Notes under the pieces: generated by a model
Told to the model about the DNA's origin: nothing
The model's input: the letters and a program-made list of their open reading frames with translations, nothing else
The model's database searches: none
Assembly: GCA_043732305.1 (NCBI GenBank)
Contig: JAYTHU010000170.1
Span: forward strand, 6,374-70,373
DNA from: Oligoflexia bacterium
GTDB lineage: Bacteria; Bdellovibrionota; Bdellovibrionia; JABDDW01
Direction: 5' to 3'
DNA length: 64,000 nucleotides
Translations under genes and position numbers: made by a program
In this document: in pieces, positions 8,760-19,372 of the stretch
Layout of the letters: each line of letters starts with the position of its first letter
How positions within the stretch are numbered: position 1 is the first letter of the stretch

Positions 8760-10060
8760 TGCTTCCAGCAGAAATCATTAAGAAAAAGCGATCAGGTCTT
8801 CCCCTCACTGAAAATGAAATCAAATCTTTTGTCGACGGTTACGTGCATGGCACTGTTGCCGATTATCAGATGTCGGCATTTTTGATGGCCGTGTTTTTTA
8901 AAGGCATGAACCAAAATGAAACCTGGAATTTAACAAACGTCATGCTTCACTCAGGAGACATCGTTGATTTTGGCGATAGCGGCAATTCGAAGACGCCAAA
9001 AATTTCGCGGATTGACAAACATTCCACGGGTGGCGTGGGTGACAAAACCAGTTTAATCATTGCTCCAATCGTCGCTTGCGCAGGGGTGCAAGTTCCCATG
9101 ATTTCTGGTCGTGGCCTGGGACATACGGGTGGGACACTTGATAAATTGGAAAGCATTCCCGGATTTGACGTGAACCTTTCGATAGCTGAATTTAAAAAAC
9201 AAGTGCAAGAAGTTGGCGCCTGTTTCATTGGTCAAACCAAAGATATTTGTCCCGCTGACAAGAAGATGTATGCACTTCGAGATGTCACGGGCACCGTCGA
9301 ATGCGTGCCCCTGATTTGCTCAAGTATTATGTCGAAAAAATTAGCCGAAGGAATCGACGGTTTAGTTTTAGATATCAAAACTGGCTCCGGCGCTTTCATG
9401 AAAAAAACTAAGGATGCGATCAACCTTGCTAAGGTTTTAAAACAAGTTGGAACTCAGGGCGGTAAAAAAATATCAGCATTGATCACCGATATGTCACAAC
9501 CATTAGGATTAGCTGTAGGCAATTCTTTAGAAGTTCAAGAATGCATAGATATTCTCATGGGTAAAGGCCCTGCGGACTTGCGAGAGCTTTCGTTAGAGCT
9601 CGCAGCACAAATGATTTTATTAGGTGGAAAATGCAAAACTTTCGCGTCTGCTAAAAAACTTTCACAAGAAATTCTTGATTCGGGTTCCGCATTAAAACGT
9701 TTTGAAGAAATTGTTTTAGCACAAAAAGGAAAACTTTCAAATCTTCCGAAGGCCACAAAAACCTATGAAGTTCTTTCGCAGAAAAAGGGGTTTGTGTTTT
9801 CCGTGAATGCTGAAAAAATCGGGCTCGCAAGTCTTTGCCTCGGTGCGGGACGAGCAAAAGCCGATGACAAAATCGATCCCTCGGCTGGGATAATGATTCA
9901 TAAAAAGATTGGCGATCAAGTTGAAAAAAGGGATCGTCTCGCCACTCTGTATTTCAATGAAGACAAAAACCTGGAAGAATCCATAGGGTTAGTCAAATCT
10001 TCATATTTAATTCGCTTGCATAAAACGAAGCGACCGCGTTTGATAATAAAGAAACTGTAG
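8756..10060 (+). CDS. deoA: Thymidine/pyrimidine-nucleoside phosphorylase
   Basis: 434 aa with EIIKKKRSGLPLTENEIKSFVDGYVHGTVADYQMSAFLMAV...KHSTGGVGDKTSL. There is a 4-nt overlap with deoC. Confidence 0.85.
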   Translation: MMLPAEIIKKKRSGLPLTENEIKSFVDGYVHGTVADYQMSAFLMAVFFKGMNQNETWNLTNVMLHSGDIVDFGDSGNSKTPKISRIDKHSTGGVGDKTSLIIAPIVACAGVQVPMISGRGLGHTGGTLDKLESIPGFDVNLSIAEFKKQVQEVGACFIGQTKDICPADKKMYALRDVTGTVECVPLICSSIMSKKLAEGIDGLVLDIKTGSGAFMKKTKDAINLAKVLKQVGTQGGKKISALITDMSQPLGLAVGNSLEVQECIDILMGKGPADLRELSLELAAQMILLGGKCKTFASAKKLSQEILDSGSALKRFEEIVLAQKGKLSNLPKATKTYEVLSQKKGFVFSVNAEKIGLASLCLGAGRAKADDKIDPSAGIMIHKKIGDQVEKRDRLATLYFNEDKNLEESIGLVKSSYLIRLHKTKRPRLIIKKL

Positions 10061-10110
10061 CGTAATCATCGACAGAATGAATAAAGATAACTTGGGATAA
10101 AAAACTTAAA

Positions 10111-10959
10111 GTGACACTCTCAGAACAGTTGGCCGAAGCCAAAACATTCATTCGATCAAACTCGCAAATAAAACCTGTACTGGGTCTCATTCTGGGGAGC
10201 GGTATGGGATCGTTTGCCGACAGTATTGAAAAAGAAGCTTCGATGGATTACGAACGTATCCCATACTTTGGAAAAACTTCGGTAGCCGGCCATACAGGTC
10301 GCCTCATCATGGGACACGTGAAAGGTGTTCCCGTTGCAGCGTTACAAGGTCGCCTTCATTATTATGAAGGTTACGATATGTCTCAGATAGTTTTCCCCAC
10401 TCGTACTCTTGCACTATTAGGAATTAAAGTTTTGCTCGTGACCAATGCTGCAGGCGGATTAAATCGCCGAATGCGTGCGGGTGATTTTATGGTGATCAAT
10501 GATCACATCAATTTGATGGGGGACAACCCTCTCAAAGGTAAAAACATCGACGAACTTGGGCCGCGATTCCCAGATATGACCGAGGCCTATGATTCGGCAC
10601 TCGCAAAGATCGCGTTGAAATGTGGAAAAGAAGCCAACCTTCGAGTCACTTCCGGCGTTTACGTCGGAATGCCAGGTCCAACTTATGAAACTCCCTCCGA
10701 AGTTCGAATGCTCCAAAAAATTGGTGGGAATGCTGTAGGCATGAGTACGGTTCCCGAAGTCATTGCTGCCAATCACTTTGGGATCAGAACCGTTGGAATC
10801 AGCTGCATCACTAATCAGGCAGCAGGACTTTCAAAACAAAAACTAAGTCACGAAGAAGTCACCCTGACCGCCCAAAGAATCGAAAGCCAATTTAAAGATT
10901 TCGTAACCTGCCTTGTTTCTGACATTGGCCAAGTGATCAAGAACAATGGAAACACTTAA
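10111..10959 (+). CDS. punA: Purine nucleoside phosphorylase (family 1, PunA/XapA-type)
   Basis: PVLGLILGSGMGSFAD...GHTGRLIMGHVKGVPVAALQGRLHYYEGY...VLLVTNAAGGLN...VGMSTVPEVI is characteristic of trimeric PNP. Confidence 0.8.
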   Translation: MTLSEQLAEAKTFIRSNSQIKPVLGLILGSGMGSFADSIEKEASMDYERIPYFGKTSVAGHTGRLIMGHVKGVPVAALQGRLHYYEGYDMSQIVFPTRTLALLGIKVLLVTNAAGGLNRRMRAGDFMVINDHINLMGDNPLKGKNIDELGPRFPDMTEAYDSALAKIALKCGKEANLRVTSGVYVGMPGPTYETPSEVRMLQKIGGNAVGMSTVPEVIAANHFGIRTVGISCITNQAAGLSKQKLSHEEVTLTAQRIESQFKDFVTCLVSDIGQVIKNNGNT

Positions 10960-11338
10960 AAAAGCCGTCGAAGCCATGGGCCATGCTCATGCACCTTACA
11001 GTCATTTCAATGTGGGATGTGCCGTTGAAACGGTAACAGGTGAAATCTTCAGCGGTTGCAACGTGGAGAACGCAAGCTACGGCGCAACCATTTGTGCCGA
11101 ACGAGTGGCAATCAGCTCTGCCGTGGCTCAAGGTCATAAGAAATTCAAAAGTGTGGTTCTGATTTCCAAAAATCCAGAGCCCATAACCCCGTGTGGAGTT
11201 TGTCGCCAGTTCATGGCGGAGTTTCTTGATCCTGAATGTGAAATTCATTGCTATGGACTAGATCAAAAGAAGCTCAAAAAAGTAAAAATGAGAGATCTGC
11301 TCCCCCTGGCTTTTACATCGAGCGATATCACCAAATAA
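10946..11338 (+). CDS. cdd: Cytidine deaminase
   Basis: HAPYSHFNVGCAVETVTGEIFSGCNVENASYGATICAERVAISSAV...PCGVCRQFMAEF has the zinc ligands C/H-AE...PCGxCRQ. Confidence 0.85.
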   Translation: METLKKAVEAMGHAHAPYSHFNVGCAVETVTGEIFSGCNVENASYGATICAERVAISSAVAQGHKKFKSVVLISKNPEPITPCGVCRQFMAEFLDPECEIHCYGLDQKKLKKVKMRDLLPLAFTSSDITK

Positions 11339-11518
11339 TTTTACACGGCTCCAGGTAAGCAAATAATCTATATTTAAAGACCTAGACCTAAGACCTACAG
11401 CCACCGTGTAACTCTGCGATTTCTGGCTAAGCACCAAGTCCGATCAAATTATTGACGCCATGTTTTAACCCTTAGGTCTCCCGCGAGTGTTATTCTTATC
11501 TAAAGGGGGGCCTGTTGC

Positions 11519-12808
11519 ATGGATGCGACTCGTCTGGTTGTTGCCGCTTTGATGGTGGCTTTTTCTCTCTCAAATATAAGTTGTGGACCCAAATCTCCGG
11601 CGACAGTAAATGCTACCGCGCTCAACGGACAAAATTGCGTTAATGAAGCGAAGGCAAATACTTTCTTAGTGAAATGGAAAGAAGTTCCCGCTGACTTTTC
11701 AGCGCGAGTGATTCATCCGCAATCGCTCATCACAAAATTCTCCGATATAGAAAAGAGCGATCTCGAAAAAAACATTCTCGCTCCTAATATGGCGAAATTA
11801 GATTTTGCTGAATATGAATTCAACGTGAGAAATGTCATCTCCACCGTTCGAACTGAAGCGGCAACAGCAACTACTAATGCTTGGGGTCCCGCAGACGTAC
11901 AAGCTCCACAGGCTTGGGCCGCAGCCGGGGGAAAAGCCGGCGATGGAGTGATTGTTGCGGTTGTTGATTCCGGGGTAGACATCACCCACTCGCTTCTCTC
12001 ATCCGTGATTTATACAAATGTCGGAGAAATTCCCAGCAACTCGATCGATGACGATAAGAACGGCTACATTGATGACTATCAAGGTTTTGATTTGGGGGGC
12101 AATAGTCCCGATGTCACAGACGGGGCAGGTCATGGAACGCACGTTTCCGGAATCATTGCAGGGCAGTCTGGACCAAATGGATTTACTGGAATGGCACCCA
12201 AAGCAAAAATTTTGCCGCTGAAGTTTTTGGACAGCACTGGTGCCGGTGGAGTTGGCGCGGCGATCGCAGCCATTGATTACGCTGTTAAAAAAGGCGCCAA
12301 GGTTATCAATGCCAGCTGGGGCGGAACCGAATGCAGCACAAGTTTGAAACAAGAAATCACTGCTGCCACTAGCGCCGGGGTCGTGTTTGTAAATGCATCT
12401 GGCAATAGTGGAAAAGATATCAACAATCCTAATTACACCGAGTGGCCCGCAGCTTTTCAAATGCCGGGAAAAATTACGGTCGGTTCAATGAATCTTTCTC
12501 AAGCTCTCTCTGCATTTTCAAATTACGGAATGCTCGTTGATCTAGCAGCGCCTGGAGAAAATATTTTAAGTACCTATCCGCCTACGATTGTTCAATCTGA
12601 CACCCAAATGATGGTGATGAGTGGAACGAGCATGGCGACTCCCTTTGTTGCAGGAATGGCAGCACTTTTGTTTGGAATTAACCCAAAGGCGACAGCTCAG
12701 CAAGTCACCGATGCTATCAATAACTCGGTTACTGTTGGCCACTACGGCGTGAGAACTCAAGGCAAATTAAATGCCCTGGCCGCCGTCAATTATCTCATGA
12801 GTCACTGA
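11519..12808 (+). CDS. Secreted subtilisin-like serine protease (peptidase S8) with signal peptide and propeptide
   Basis: Catalytic triad motifs VAVVDSGVD, HGTHVSGIIAG and GTSMATPFVAGMAALL. N-terminal hydrophobic signal. A strong RBS AAAGGGGGG sits upstream. Confidence 0.85.
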   Translation: MDATRLVVAALMVAFSLSNISCGPKSPATVNATALNGQNCVNEAKANTFLVKWKEVPADFSARVIHPQSLITKFSDIEKSDLEKNILAPNMAKLDFAEYEFNVRNVISTVRTEAATATTNAWGPADVQAPQAWAAAGGKAGDGVIVAVVDSGVDITHSLLSSVIYTNVGEIPSNSIDDDKNGYIDDYQGFDLGGNSPDVTDGAGHGTHVSGIIAGQSGPNGFTGMAPKAKILPLKFLDSTGAGGVGAAIAAIDYAVKKGAKVINASWGGTECSTSLKQEITAATSAGVVFVNASGNSGKDINNPNYTEWPAAFQMPGKITVGSMNLSQALSAFSNYGMLVDLAAPGENILSTYPPTIVQSDTQMMVMSGTSMATPFVAGMAALLFGINPKATAQQVTDAINNSVTVGHYGVRTQGKLNALAAVNYLMSH

Positions 12809-12813
12809 CAGTT

Positions 12814-14358
12814 TTAGGGATTTCTAAACCAGGGCGTCTTCACAATATTCGAGAGATCTTCGCAAGTGACACGATCATCGTTCTCGGAATTACAAATGCC
12901 TTTATTATTTTTGATTTTTTCTAAGCTCGTTCGAGCCACAAAAAATTCATGCATGCGATGAGTGTCCGTTTCTTGTCGGCGCAACAAACTTCCATTGGGA
13001 TCGTTGATTAGATACCGAGAGAGTTCATGCATTCGCGAAAGATCCTCACTGATTGAATCGTAAAGCCCAAAATGTGCAGCGGCTTTAAAACTAATCTCGC
13101 CACCCTCGGGAAGCGAGATACTGGCATTGGAAGATTCTTCCGCAGCAGCTTGGAAAAATCTGCGGGCGCAAAATTTATCACCCATCTGAGTGCAAATTTG
13201 TCCGAGTACAAAATCTCTTTCGCCTTCCGTCCATCCCCATTTTTCAAAAGCGTCTTCACGCACTCTATGAAATAGAGAAATACGGGTTTCTACTTGGAGA
13301 TCGTTGTAAAACTCGTCTGAGTTTCCATCATAGCTGATGGCTCCGGGCATACTCGCGCAACTTTCCGATTGCTCAACCGCGCGATCAATTTCAGCGCCAT
13401 CTTTTAAACCTGCCAAATGTAAGGTTTCGTGAAGCAATGTCGAATTGATTTCATCATTGCACTGAGAAAAATTCAGAGACACTTGCGGAGCAACTGCAAA
13501 AAATGCTTCAGCGAGAGGAATGCTGGCCTCACCGCAATTTTCATTCCCAATTGGTTTTTTCAATTTACATTCGATTGTGGGGCGTTGAAGTAAAGCTGCT
13601 ACCAAACGCATGGCGCGGTCAGGGTTTTGCTCCATCCAACATGTGAGTTTTGGCTCGATCTCGTCTGCAATTAAATCTTCGAGCTGCTGCTTTTCTTTTT
13701 CCGAGCAATTGCCCGCGTAACGAAACTTCAGTAGGGACGTTCGCGCATCCGAAATCTTATACAAAAATCCTAAGTCTCCCCGAGTCCACGGGATGGCGGT
13801 GGCGACAGGAATTTTTGAAGCGAAATCATCAAAGCCTTCAAAAGACATTGCCGAAAACTCTCGGGTTTTTCCTGAAACGGACGGAAGAGTTATTTTTCCA
13901 AAGTTGATGGCTTTTCCGTGCCCACGGTGCCGGCGGCTCTTCTTCTTATTTCCTACAATGGCGTCAGCGGACCCATCACTCCATGCGATTTTTCCATTCA
14001 GGGAATCAATCTTTCCGGTTCGAGCTTTTCCATCCTTGATATCGACAATATTTTTTGCGGCATAAACCATAAGAATGCGGCTAGGTCTGCCGTTCTTGTC
14101 CGGCTCCATGCCCATCCATCTAACGCCAATGGCCTGCTCCATGAATGAACGCGGTGGGCCTTGCTCCTTGTCTTTCTCCCGAAGCCAAATTTCATTCCAC
14201 TGACCCTGATCATTGGTGTTGAACTCAAGCGGAAGGTCTTCCACGTTTTCTGGCAAAAGCTGCCAAGCCAAGGAGGAAAACTCCGAACCTTTGGCGGTCG
14301 TTTGGAAGCAGTTTATGACACAAAGCGCAGTAATCAGAATTTTCAGTTTTGTTTCCAT
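12814..14358 (-). CDS. Hypothetical secreted protein, possible zinc metallopeptidase (HExxH)
   Basis: Signal peptide [24 protein letters not shown] and an internal [11 protein letters not shown] motif (HExxH). No closer family recognised. Confidence 0.4.
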   Translation of the reverse strand: METKLKILITALCVINCFQTTAKGSEFSSLAWQLLPENVEDLPLEFNTNDQGQWNEIWLREKDKEQGPPRSFMEQAIGVRWMGMEPDKNGRPSRILMVYAAKNIVDIKDGKARTGKIDSLNGKIAWSDGSADAIVGNKKKSRRHRGHGKAINFGKITLPSVSGKTREFSAMSFEGFDDFASKIPVATAIPWTRGDLGFLYKISDARTSLLKFRYAGNCSEKEKQQLEDLIADEIEPKLTCWMEQNPDRAMRLVAALLQRPTIECKLKKPIGNENCGEASIPLAEAFFAVAPQVSLNFSQCNDEINSTLLHETLHLAGLKDGAEIDRAVEQSESCASMPGAISYDGNSDEFYNDLQVETRISLFHRVREDAFEKWGWTEGERDFVLGQICTQMGDKFCARRFFQAAAEESSNASISLPEGGEISFKAAAHFGLYDSISEDLSRMHELSRYLINDPNGSLLRRQETDTHRMHEFFVARTSLEKIKNNKGICNSENDDRVTCEDLSNIVKTPWFRNP

Positions 14359-14439
14359 AGGATGGAATTGATTAGAATCGATCAAGCTTACACTTTCAAG
14401 CTGGAAATTAAGCCCCTCTCCGTGTTAGTTCCTAATACC

Positions 14440-15735
14440 ATGTCATCAAAATTTTATATTGCCGACCTTTCGAAACACGTGGGCCAAACTGTTGAACTCA
14501 AAGGATGGGTTTACGGCAAACGTTCCAGTGGAAAAATCAAATTTCTCCAGCTCAGAGATGGCACGGGATTGTGTCAGTGTGTTTATTTCAAGGGTGAGTG
14601 CGATGAGAATTCTTTCAACGAGTTTGAAAAACTAACTCAAGAGGCTTGCGTCACTGTCACAGGTATTGTGAAAGAAGAAAAACGCAGTCCAGGTGGCTAT
14701 GAATTGAGTGCGCAAGAACTTAAAATCACCGCACCTTCTGTTGATTTTCCGATTGGCCCGAAAGAACACGGCCCTGATTTTTTATTAAACAATCGCCATC
14801 TTTGGCTCAGATCTAAAAATCAACATGCAGCTTTGCGCATTCGCGCAGAGATAGTGAAAGCTGTCAGAGATTTTTTTGATGGCCGAGGTTTCACTTTAGT
14901 CGACGCTCCTATTTTTACTCCTAGCGCGTGCGAAGGAACTTCCAATTTATTCCAAACGAACTATTTTGATGAAAAAGCTTATCTAAGTCAGAGCGGACAG
15001 CTTTACATGGAAGCGGCAGCAGCTGCATTTGGAAAAGCTTATTGCTTCGGTCCAACTTTTAGAGCGGAAAAATCAAAAACTCGACGCCACTTGATTGAAT
15101 TTTGGATGGTCGAACCAGAAGTTGCCTTCAACGATATTTATGACAACATGGAACTTGCAGAACAATTTGTGGAATACATTGTTCAAAGAATCATCACAAA
15201 CAAAGCTGATGAACTTAAGGCACTGGATAGAAATATTGATAGTTTATCCAAAGTTAAAGGTCCCTTCCCAAGATTGCATTACAAAGAAGCTGCGGAAATT
15301 ATTGCGAAAGAAAATCCTAATTTTAAAATTGGCGAAGACTTTGGCGGCACAGACGAAACTATTATCTCCTCCCGATTTGACAAGCCCGTTTTTGTTCATC
15401 ACTACCCTTCAGCTATAAAAGCGTTTTACATGAAGGAAGATCCAGCGGAAGCTGGCAGCAGCATGAGCTGCGATTTACTTGCGACTGAAGGTTACGGAGA
15501 AATTATCGGTGGCGGTCAACGTGAAGATGACATTGTGAAGTTGGAGGCCAAAGTGAAAGAGCATGGACTCGATATGGCCGACTTCCAGTGGTATTTTGAT
15601 TTAAGAAAATATGGCTCCTTTGAACACGCCGGTTTCGGTTTGGGCATTGAGAGAACAGTGAGTTGGATTTGTGGACTTCAGCACGTCAGAGAAACGATCC
15701 CGTTTCCTCGATTGTACGGAAGACTTAGACCTTAA
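14440..15735 (+). CDS. asnS: Asparaginyl-tRNA synthetase (class IIb aaRS, 431 aa)
   Basis: N-terminal OB-fold anticodon-binding domain ([26 protein letters not shown]). Class II motifs [19 protein letters not shown]. The size fits AsnS rather than AspS. Confidence 0.75.
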   Translation: MSSKFYIADLSKHVGQTVELKGWVYGKRSSGKIKFLQLRDGTGLCQCVYFKGECDENSFNEFEKLTQEACVTVTGIVKEEKRSPGGYELSAQELKITAPSVDFPIGPKEHGPDFLLNNRHLWLRSKNQHAALRIRAEIVKAVRDFFDGRGFTLVDAPIFTPSACEGTSNLFQTNYFDEKAYLSQSGQLYMEAAAAAFGKAYCFGPTFRAEKSKTRRHLIEFWMVEPEVAFNDIYDNMELAEQFVEYIVQRIITNKADELKALDRNIDSLSKVKGPFPRLHYKEAAEIIAKENPNFKIGEDFGGTDETIISSRFDKPVFVHHYPSAIKAFYMKEDPAEAGSSMSCDLLATEGYGEIIGGGQREDDIVKLEAKVKEHGLDMADFQWYFDLRKYGSFEHAGFGLGIERTVSWICGLQHVRETIPFPRLYGRLRP

Positions 15736-15752
15736 AGGGTGGGGAAATAAAA

Positions 15753-17309
15753 ATGGAAATGACAACAACCGATAGACTTAAAGATCTTGAAACCAGAAAC
15801 TCGGCAGCAATGCTCGGCGGTGGCAAGGAACGTATCACAAAACAAAAAACAGGAGGAAGACTTTCTGCCCGCGAACGTTTAGACGTCCTTCTTGATCCTG
15901 GATCATTCATCGAGTTTGATAGGTTCATGACTCATCGATGTTCCGATTTCGGAATGAAAGATAAAAAGATTCCTGGTGATGGAGTCATCACCGGTTACGG
16001 CCGCATCAACGGGAAATTGGTTTATGTTTACAGCCAGGATTTCACCGTTTTTGGTGGAAGTTTGAGCTCAACAAATTCAAAGAAGATTTGCAAAGTCATG
16101 CAGATGGCCGTCAAGAATGGCGCGCCGATGATTGGCTTGAATGATTCCGGTGGCGCTCGAATTCAAGAGGGCGTGGAAAGTCTCGGCGGGTACGCAGATA
16201 TTTTTCTTCGTAACACTTTAGCAAGCGGTGTGATTCCCCAAATTTCTGCCATCATGGGGCCGTGCGCTGGTGGCGCGGTTTACTCTCCCGCAATCACTGA
16301 TTTTATTTTCATGGTCAAAGACACGAGCTACATGTTTGTCACAGGACCTGACGTCGTTAAAACCGTCACTCACGAAACTGTCAGCATGATGGATTTAGGT
16401 GGAGCGCAAACGCACAACACTAAATCTGGCGTCGCGCACTTTGCTTGTGAAGATGACAAACATTGTCTACTCATGATTCGCGAACTTCTAAATTTCTTAC
16501 CTTCTAACAATATAGACGATCCACCCATTTTGCCTGCTAAAGACAAACCAGATCGCATTGATGAAAGTTTGAACACGTTGATTCCTGACAGTTCAAAAAA
16601 ACCTTACGACATGAAAGACATTTTAAAAACTGTAGTCGACGAAGGTTACTTTTTGGAAGTCCAGCAGCATTACGCGCCCAATATTTTAATTGGATTTTCT
16701 CGATTGAACGGTCGAAGTGTCGGCATTGTGGCAAACCAACCCATGGTACTCGCGGGTTGCTTAGATATCAATGCATCGGTCAAGGCTGCTCGCTTTGTTC
16801 GATTTTGTGATGCGTTCAATATTCCTATTATTACTTTTGTGGATGTTCCCGGATTTTTACCTGGAACAAATCAAGAGCATAACGGAATCATCCGTCACGG
16901 AGCGAAGCTCTTGTATGCTTACGCCGAAGCAACAGTTCCCAAAATCACCATCATCACTCGCAAAGCTTATGGCGGCGCATATGACGTCATGAGTTCAAAG
17001 CACATGCGCGGAGACGTAAATTTGGCCTATCCTACTGCTGAAATCGCGGTCATGGGACCTGAAGGTGCGGTAAGTATTATTTTCCGCGAAGAAATTAAAC
17101 GCGCCAACGGCGATGCTTCAGTGAAAGATAAACTTGTCGAAGACTATCGCGCAACGTTTGCGAATCCTTATAAAGCAGCTGAATTAGGTTACATCGATGA
17201 AGTGATCGAACCTTCATACACTCGTGTACGATTGATTGACGCTCTTGAAATGTTGAAAAATAAACGGGACACAAATCCCCCACGCAAACACGGAAACATT
17301 CCACTCTAA
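15753..17309 (+). CDS. pccB: Acyl-CoA carboxylase carboxyltransferase subunit (propionyl-CoA carboxylase beta / methylmalonyl-CoA carboxyltransferase family)
   Basis: 518 aa. [31 protein letters not shown]...[27 protein letters not shown]...[13 protein letters not shown] is the typical carboxyltransferase domain. Confidence 0.8.
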   Translation: MEMTTTDRLKDLETRNSAAMLGGGKERITKQKTGGRLSARERLDVLLDPGSFIEFDRFMTHRCSDFGMKDKKIPGDGVITGYGRINGKLVYVYSQDFTVFGGSLSSTNSKKICKVMQMAVKNGAPMIGLNDSGGARIQEGVESLGGYADIFLRNTLASGVIPQISAIMGPCAGGAVYSPAITDFIFMVKDTSYMFVTGPDVVKTVTHETVSMMDLGGAQTHNTKSGVAHFACEDDKHCLLMIRELLNFLPSNNIDDPPILPAKDKPDRIDESLNTLIPDSSKKPYDMKDILKTVVDEGYFLEVQQHYAPNILIGFSRLNGRSVGIVANQPMVLAGCLDINASVKAARFVRFCDAFNIPIITFVDVPGFLPGTNQEHNGIIRHGAKLLYAYAEATVPKITIITRKAYGGAYDVMSSKHMRGDVNLAYPTAEIAVMGPEGAVSIIFREEIKRANGDASVKDKLVEDYRATFANPYKAAELGYIDEVIEPSYTRVRLIDALEMLKNKRDTNPPRKHGNIPL

Positions 17310-17318
17310 GGAGAAAAG

Positions 17319-18809
17319 ATGTTTAAGAAAATTCTGATCGCCAACCGAGGTGAAATCGCAATCCGTGTGCACCGTGCTTGTAAAGAGCTGGGCATTCAAA
17401 CTGTAGCCGTGTTCAGCGAAGCTGACCGAAACAGTCTGCACGTTTTATTCGCCGATGAAGCCTATTGCATTGGGCCTGCACCTAGCAGAGAGAGTTACCT
17501 GAATATTCCGAAAATCATTGATGTCGCTCTCAAAGCCGGCGCTCAAGCGATTCATCCTGGGTATGGTTTCCTTTCTGAAAATGAAGATTTTGCTGAAGCC
17601 TGCACAAAAGCAGGAATCACATTCATTGGTCCGAGTGTCGAAGCTATTTCTAAAATGGGAGATAAACTTTCTGCTCGAGACCTTATGAAAAAAGCCGGAG
17701 TGCCCATTGTTCCTGGCAGTGATGGACCGGTCAATACGGTGGAAGATGTCCGTGCCGTTGTCAAAAAAATCGGCTATCCGATCATGATCAAAGCTTCTGC
17801 CGGTGGTGGCGGAAAAGGCATGCGATTTGTTGCTGGTGAAGGCGAATTAGAAAGTGCCGTGCGCGCTGCTAAATCTGAAGCGCTTAACTATTTTGGCGAT
17901 GACAAAGTCTACGTTGAAAAATACGTGACCAACCCTAAGCACATTGAAATACAAATCTTTGGAGACAGTCACGGGAACGTGATCCATCTCTATGAACGCG
18001 AATGTTCAATTCAAAGACGTCACCAAAAAATCATTGAGGAATCCCCATCACCGGCTTTGAATCAAAAAACTCGCGAAGCCATGGGTGAGATTGCCGTCAA
18101 GGCTGCTAAGTCCGTGAACTACTGCGGTGCAGGTACAGTGGAATTTATTTTCGATATCGATTCGGGAGAATTCTATTTCCTAGAAATGAACACTCGCTTG
18201 CAAGTTGAACATCCTGTCACAGAACTTGTGACTGGTGTTGATTTGGTTCAAGAACAAATTCTCGTTGCGGCGGGCCTACCAATGAGCTTTAAGCAAAAAG
18301 ATATTGTCCAGCGCGGTTGGGCCATAGAAGTTCGAATTTACGCAGAAGATCCAATCACATTTATGCCAAGTCCTGGAGAAATCATTCGTTGCCGTCATCC
18401 GCAAGGACCGTTCACTCGCGTGGATAGTTACGTTTATCCTCGTTACACAGTTCCGTTGCATTACGATCCCATGATTGCAAAACTCAGCACCTGGGGATCT
18501 GATCGCCAAAAAGCCATTCAAAGATGTGCTCGTGCGTTGGATGAATTTATTCTAACCGGTATCAAAACGAATATCCCTTTGCATAAAAAGATTTTGCAGG
18601 ACGAAAAGTTTCTCAAAGGAGATTTTTCCACCCACTTTATTGACAAAGACTTTGCCGGCTTCGATAAACTTTTTTCCACCACTGATGATCGCGTGTTTTT
18701 GATCACGGCGGCGATTGAAGCTTATCAAGAACATAAGAAGCAAGGTATTTGGGATCTGAATTTAGTCAGCAATTGGAAACGTCTAGGCCGAAGACTTTCG
18801 CTGAGATAA
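17319..18809 (+). CDS. Biotin carboxylase domain protein (acetyl/propionyl-CoA carboxylase alpha, BC part only)
   Basis: MFKKILIANRGEIAIRVHRACKELGI...ATP-grasp...EMNTRLQVEHPVTE. 496 aa, ending before any biotinyl domain. Confidence 0.85.
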   Translation: MFKKILIANRGEIAIRVHRACKELGIQTVAVFSEADRNSLHVLFADEAYCIGPAPSRESYLNIPKIIDVALKAGAQAIHPGYGFLSENEDFAEACTKAGITFIGPSVEAISKMGDKLSARDLMKKAGVPIVPGSDGPVNTVEDVRAVVKKIGYPIMIKASAGGGGKGMRFVAGEGELESAVRAAKSEALNYFGDDKVYVEKYVTNPKHIEIQIFGDSHGNVIHLYERECSIQRRHQKIIEESPSPALNQKTREAMGEIAVKAAKSVNYCGAGTVEFIFDIDSGEFYFLEMNTRLQVEHPVTELVTGVDLVQEQILVAAGLPMSFKQKDIVQRGWAIEVRIYAEDPITFMPSPGEIIRCRHPQGPFTRVDSYVYPRYTVPLHYDPMIAKLSTWGSDRQKAIQRCARALDEFILTGIKTNIPLHKKILQDEKFLKGDFSTHFIDKDFAGFDKLFSTTDDRVFLITAAIEAYQEHKKQGIWDLNLVSNWKRLGRRLSLR

Positions 18810-18844
18810 TTTTTTAGTCATGATTTTAAAAAAGGAACGCAGAA

Positions 18845-19372
18845 ATGTATTTTGAAGCGGAAGTAAAACGAAAGAAATATAAAGTCGAAGTCAATGAATC
18901 CAAAACTCATTGGCATGTGAAACTGCAGGCCGCCGGCGAAAAACCTGAAGTTTTCGATATTTCTAAAATCGATTACACAGAATTTGATGACGCCATCTCG
19001 TTTATTTTCAACGGCAAATCTTACATGTTGGATGTTGTTTCCTCCAAAGATGGCTACACCATTTTTACCGGAAACAGTTATCGCAACGTCACCATTCACA
19101 ATGATGAAAGTCTGCTTCACGAATCTCTCAAAGCTGGCTCCACGATGGGCGATGCAGATAAACTTTCAGCGGGTATGCCTGGAAAGATTTCTAAAATCTT
19201 TGTTCAGGTTGGTCAAAAAATTGCGAGTGGAAAACCTATTCTGATTATGGAAGCCATGAAAATGGAAAACGAAATGCGCGCGATCAACGATTGCGTAATT
19301 AAAGAAATCCATGTCAAAGAAGGAGCCTCCGTCGAATCAGGAGCAGTGCTTGTCACCTTCGAAGCCAACTAA
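18845..19372 (+). CDS. Biotin carboxyl carrier protein-like (BT-like linker plus biotinyl domain)
   Basis: C-terminal [11 protein letters not shown]...[17 protein letters not shown] has the biotin-attachment motif (A/E)MKM. Lies 35 nt downstream of the BC ORF. Confidence 0.75.
   Translation: MYFEAEVKRKKYKVEVNESKTHWHVKLQAAGEKPEVFDISKIDYTEFDDAISFIFNGKSYMLDVVSSKDGYTIFTGNSYRNVTIHNDESLLHESLKAGSTMGDADKLSAGMPGKISKIFVQVGQKIASGKPILIMEAMKMENEMRAINDCVIKEIHVKEGASVESGAVLVTFEAN

Noticed and set aside
11387-11410. Possible CRISPR-like repeat (AGACCT x3)
   Set aside because: The units are only 6 nt, with no spacers of regular length and no cas genes. It is not a CRISPR array. It is kept only as a possible protein-binding repeat.
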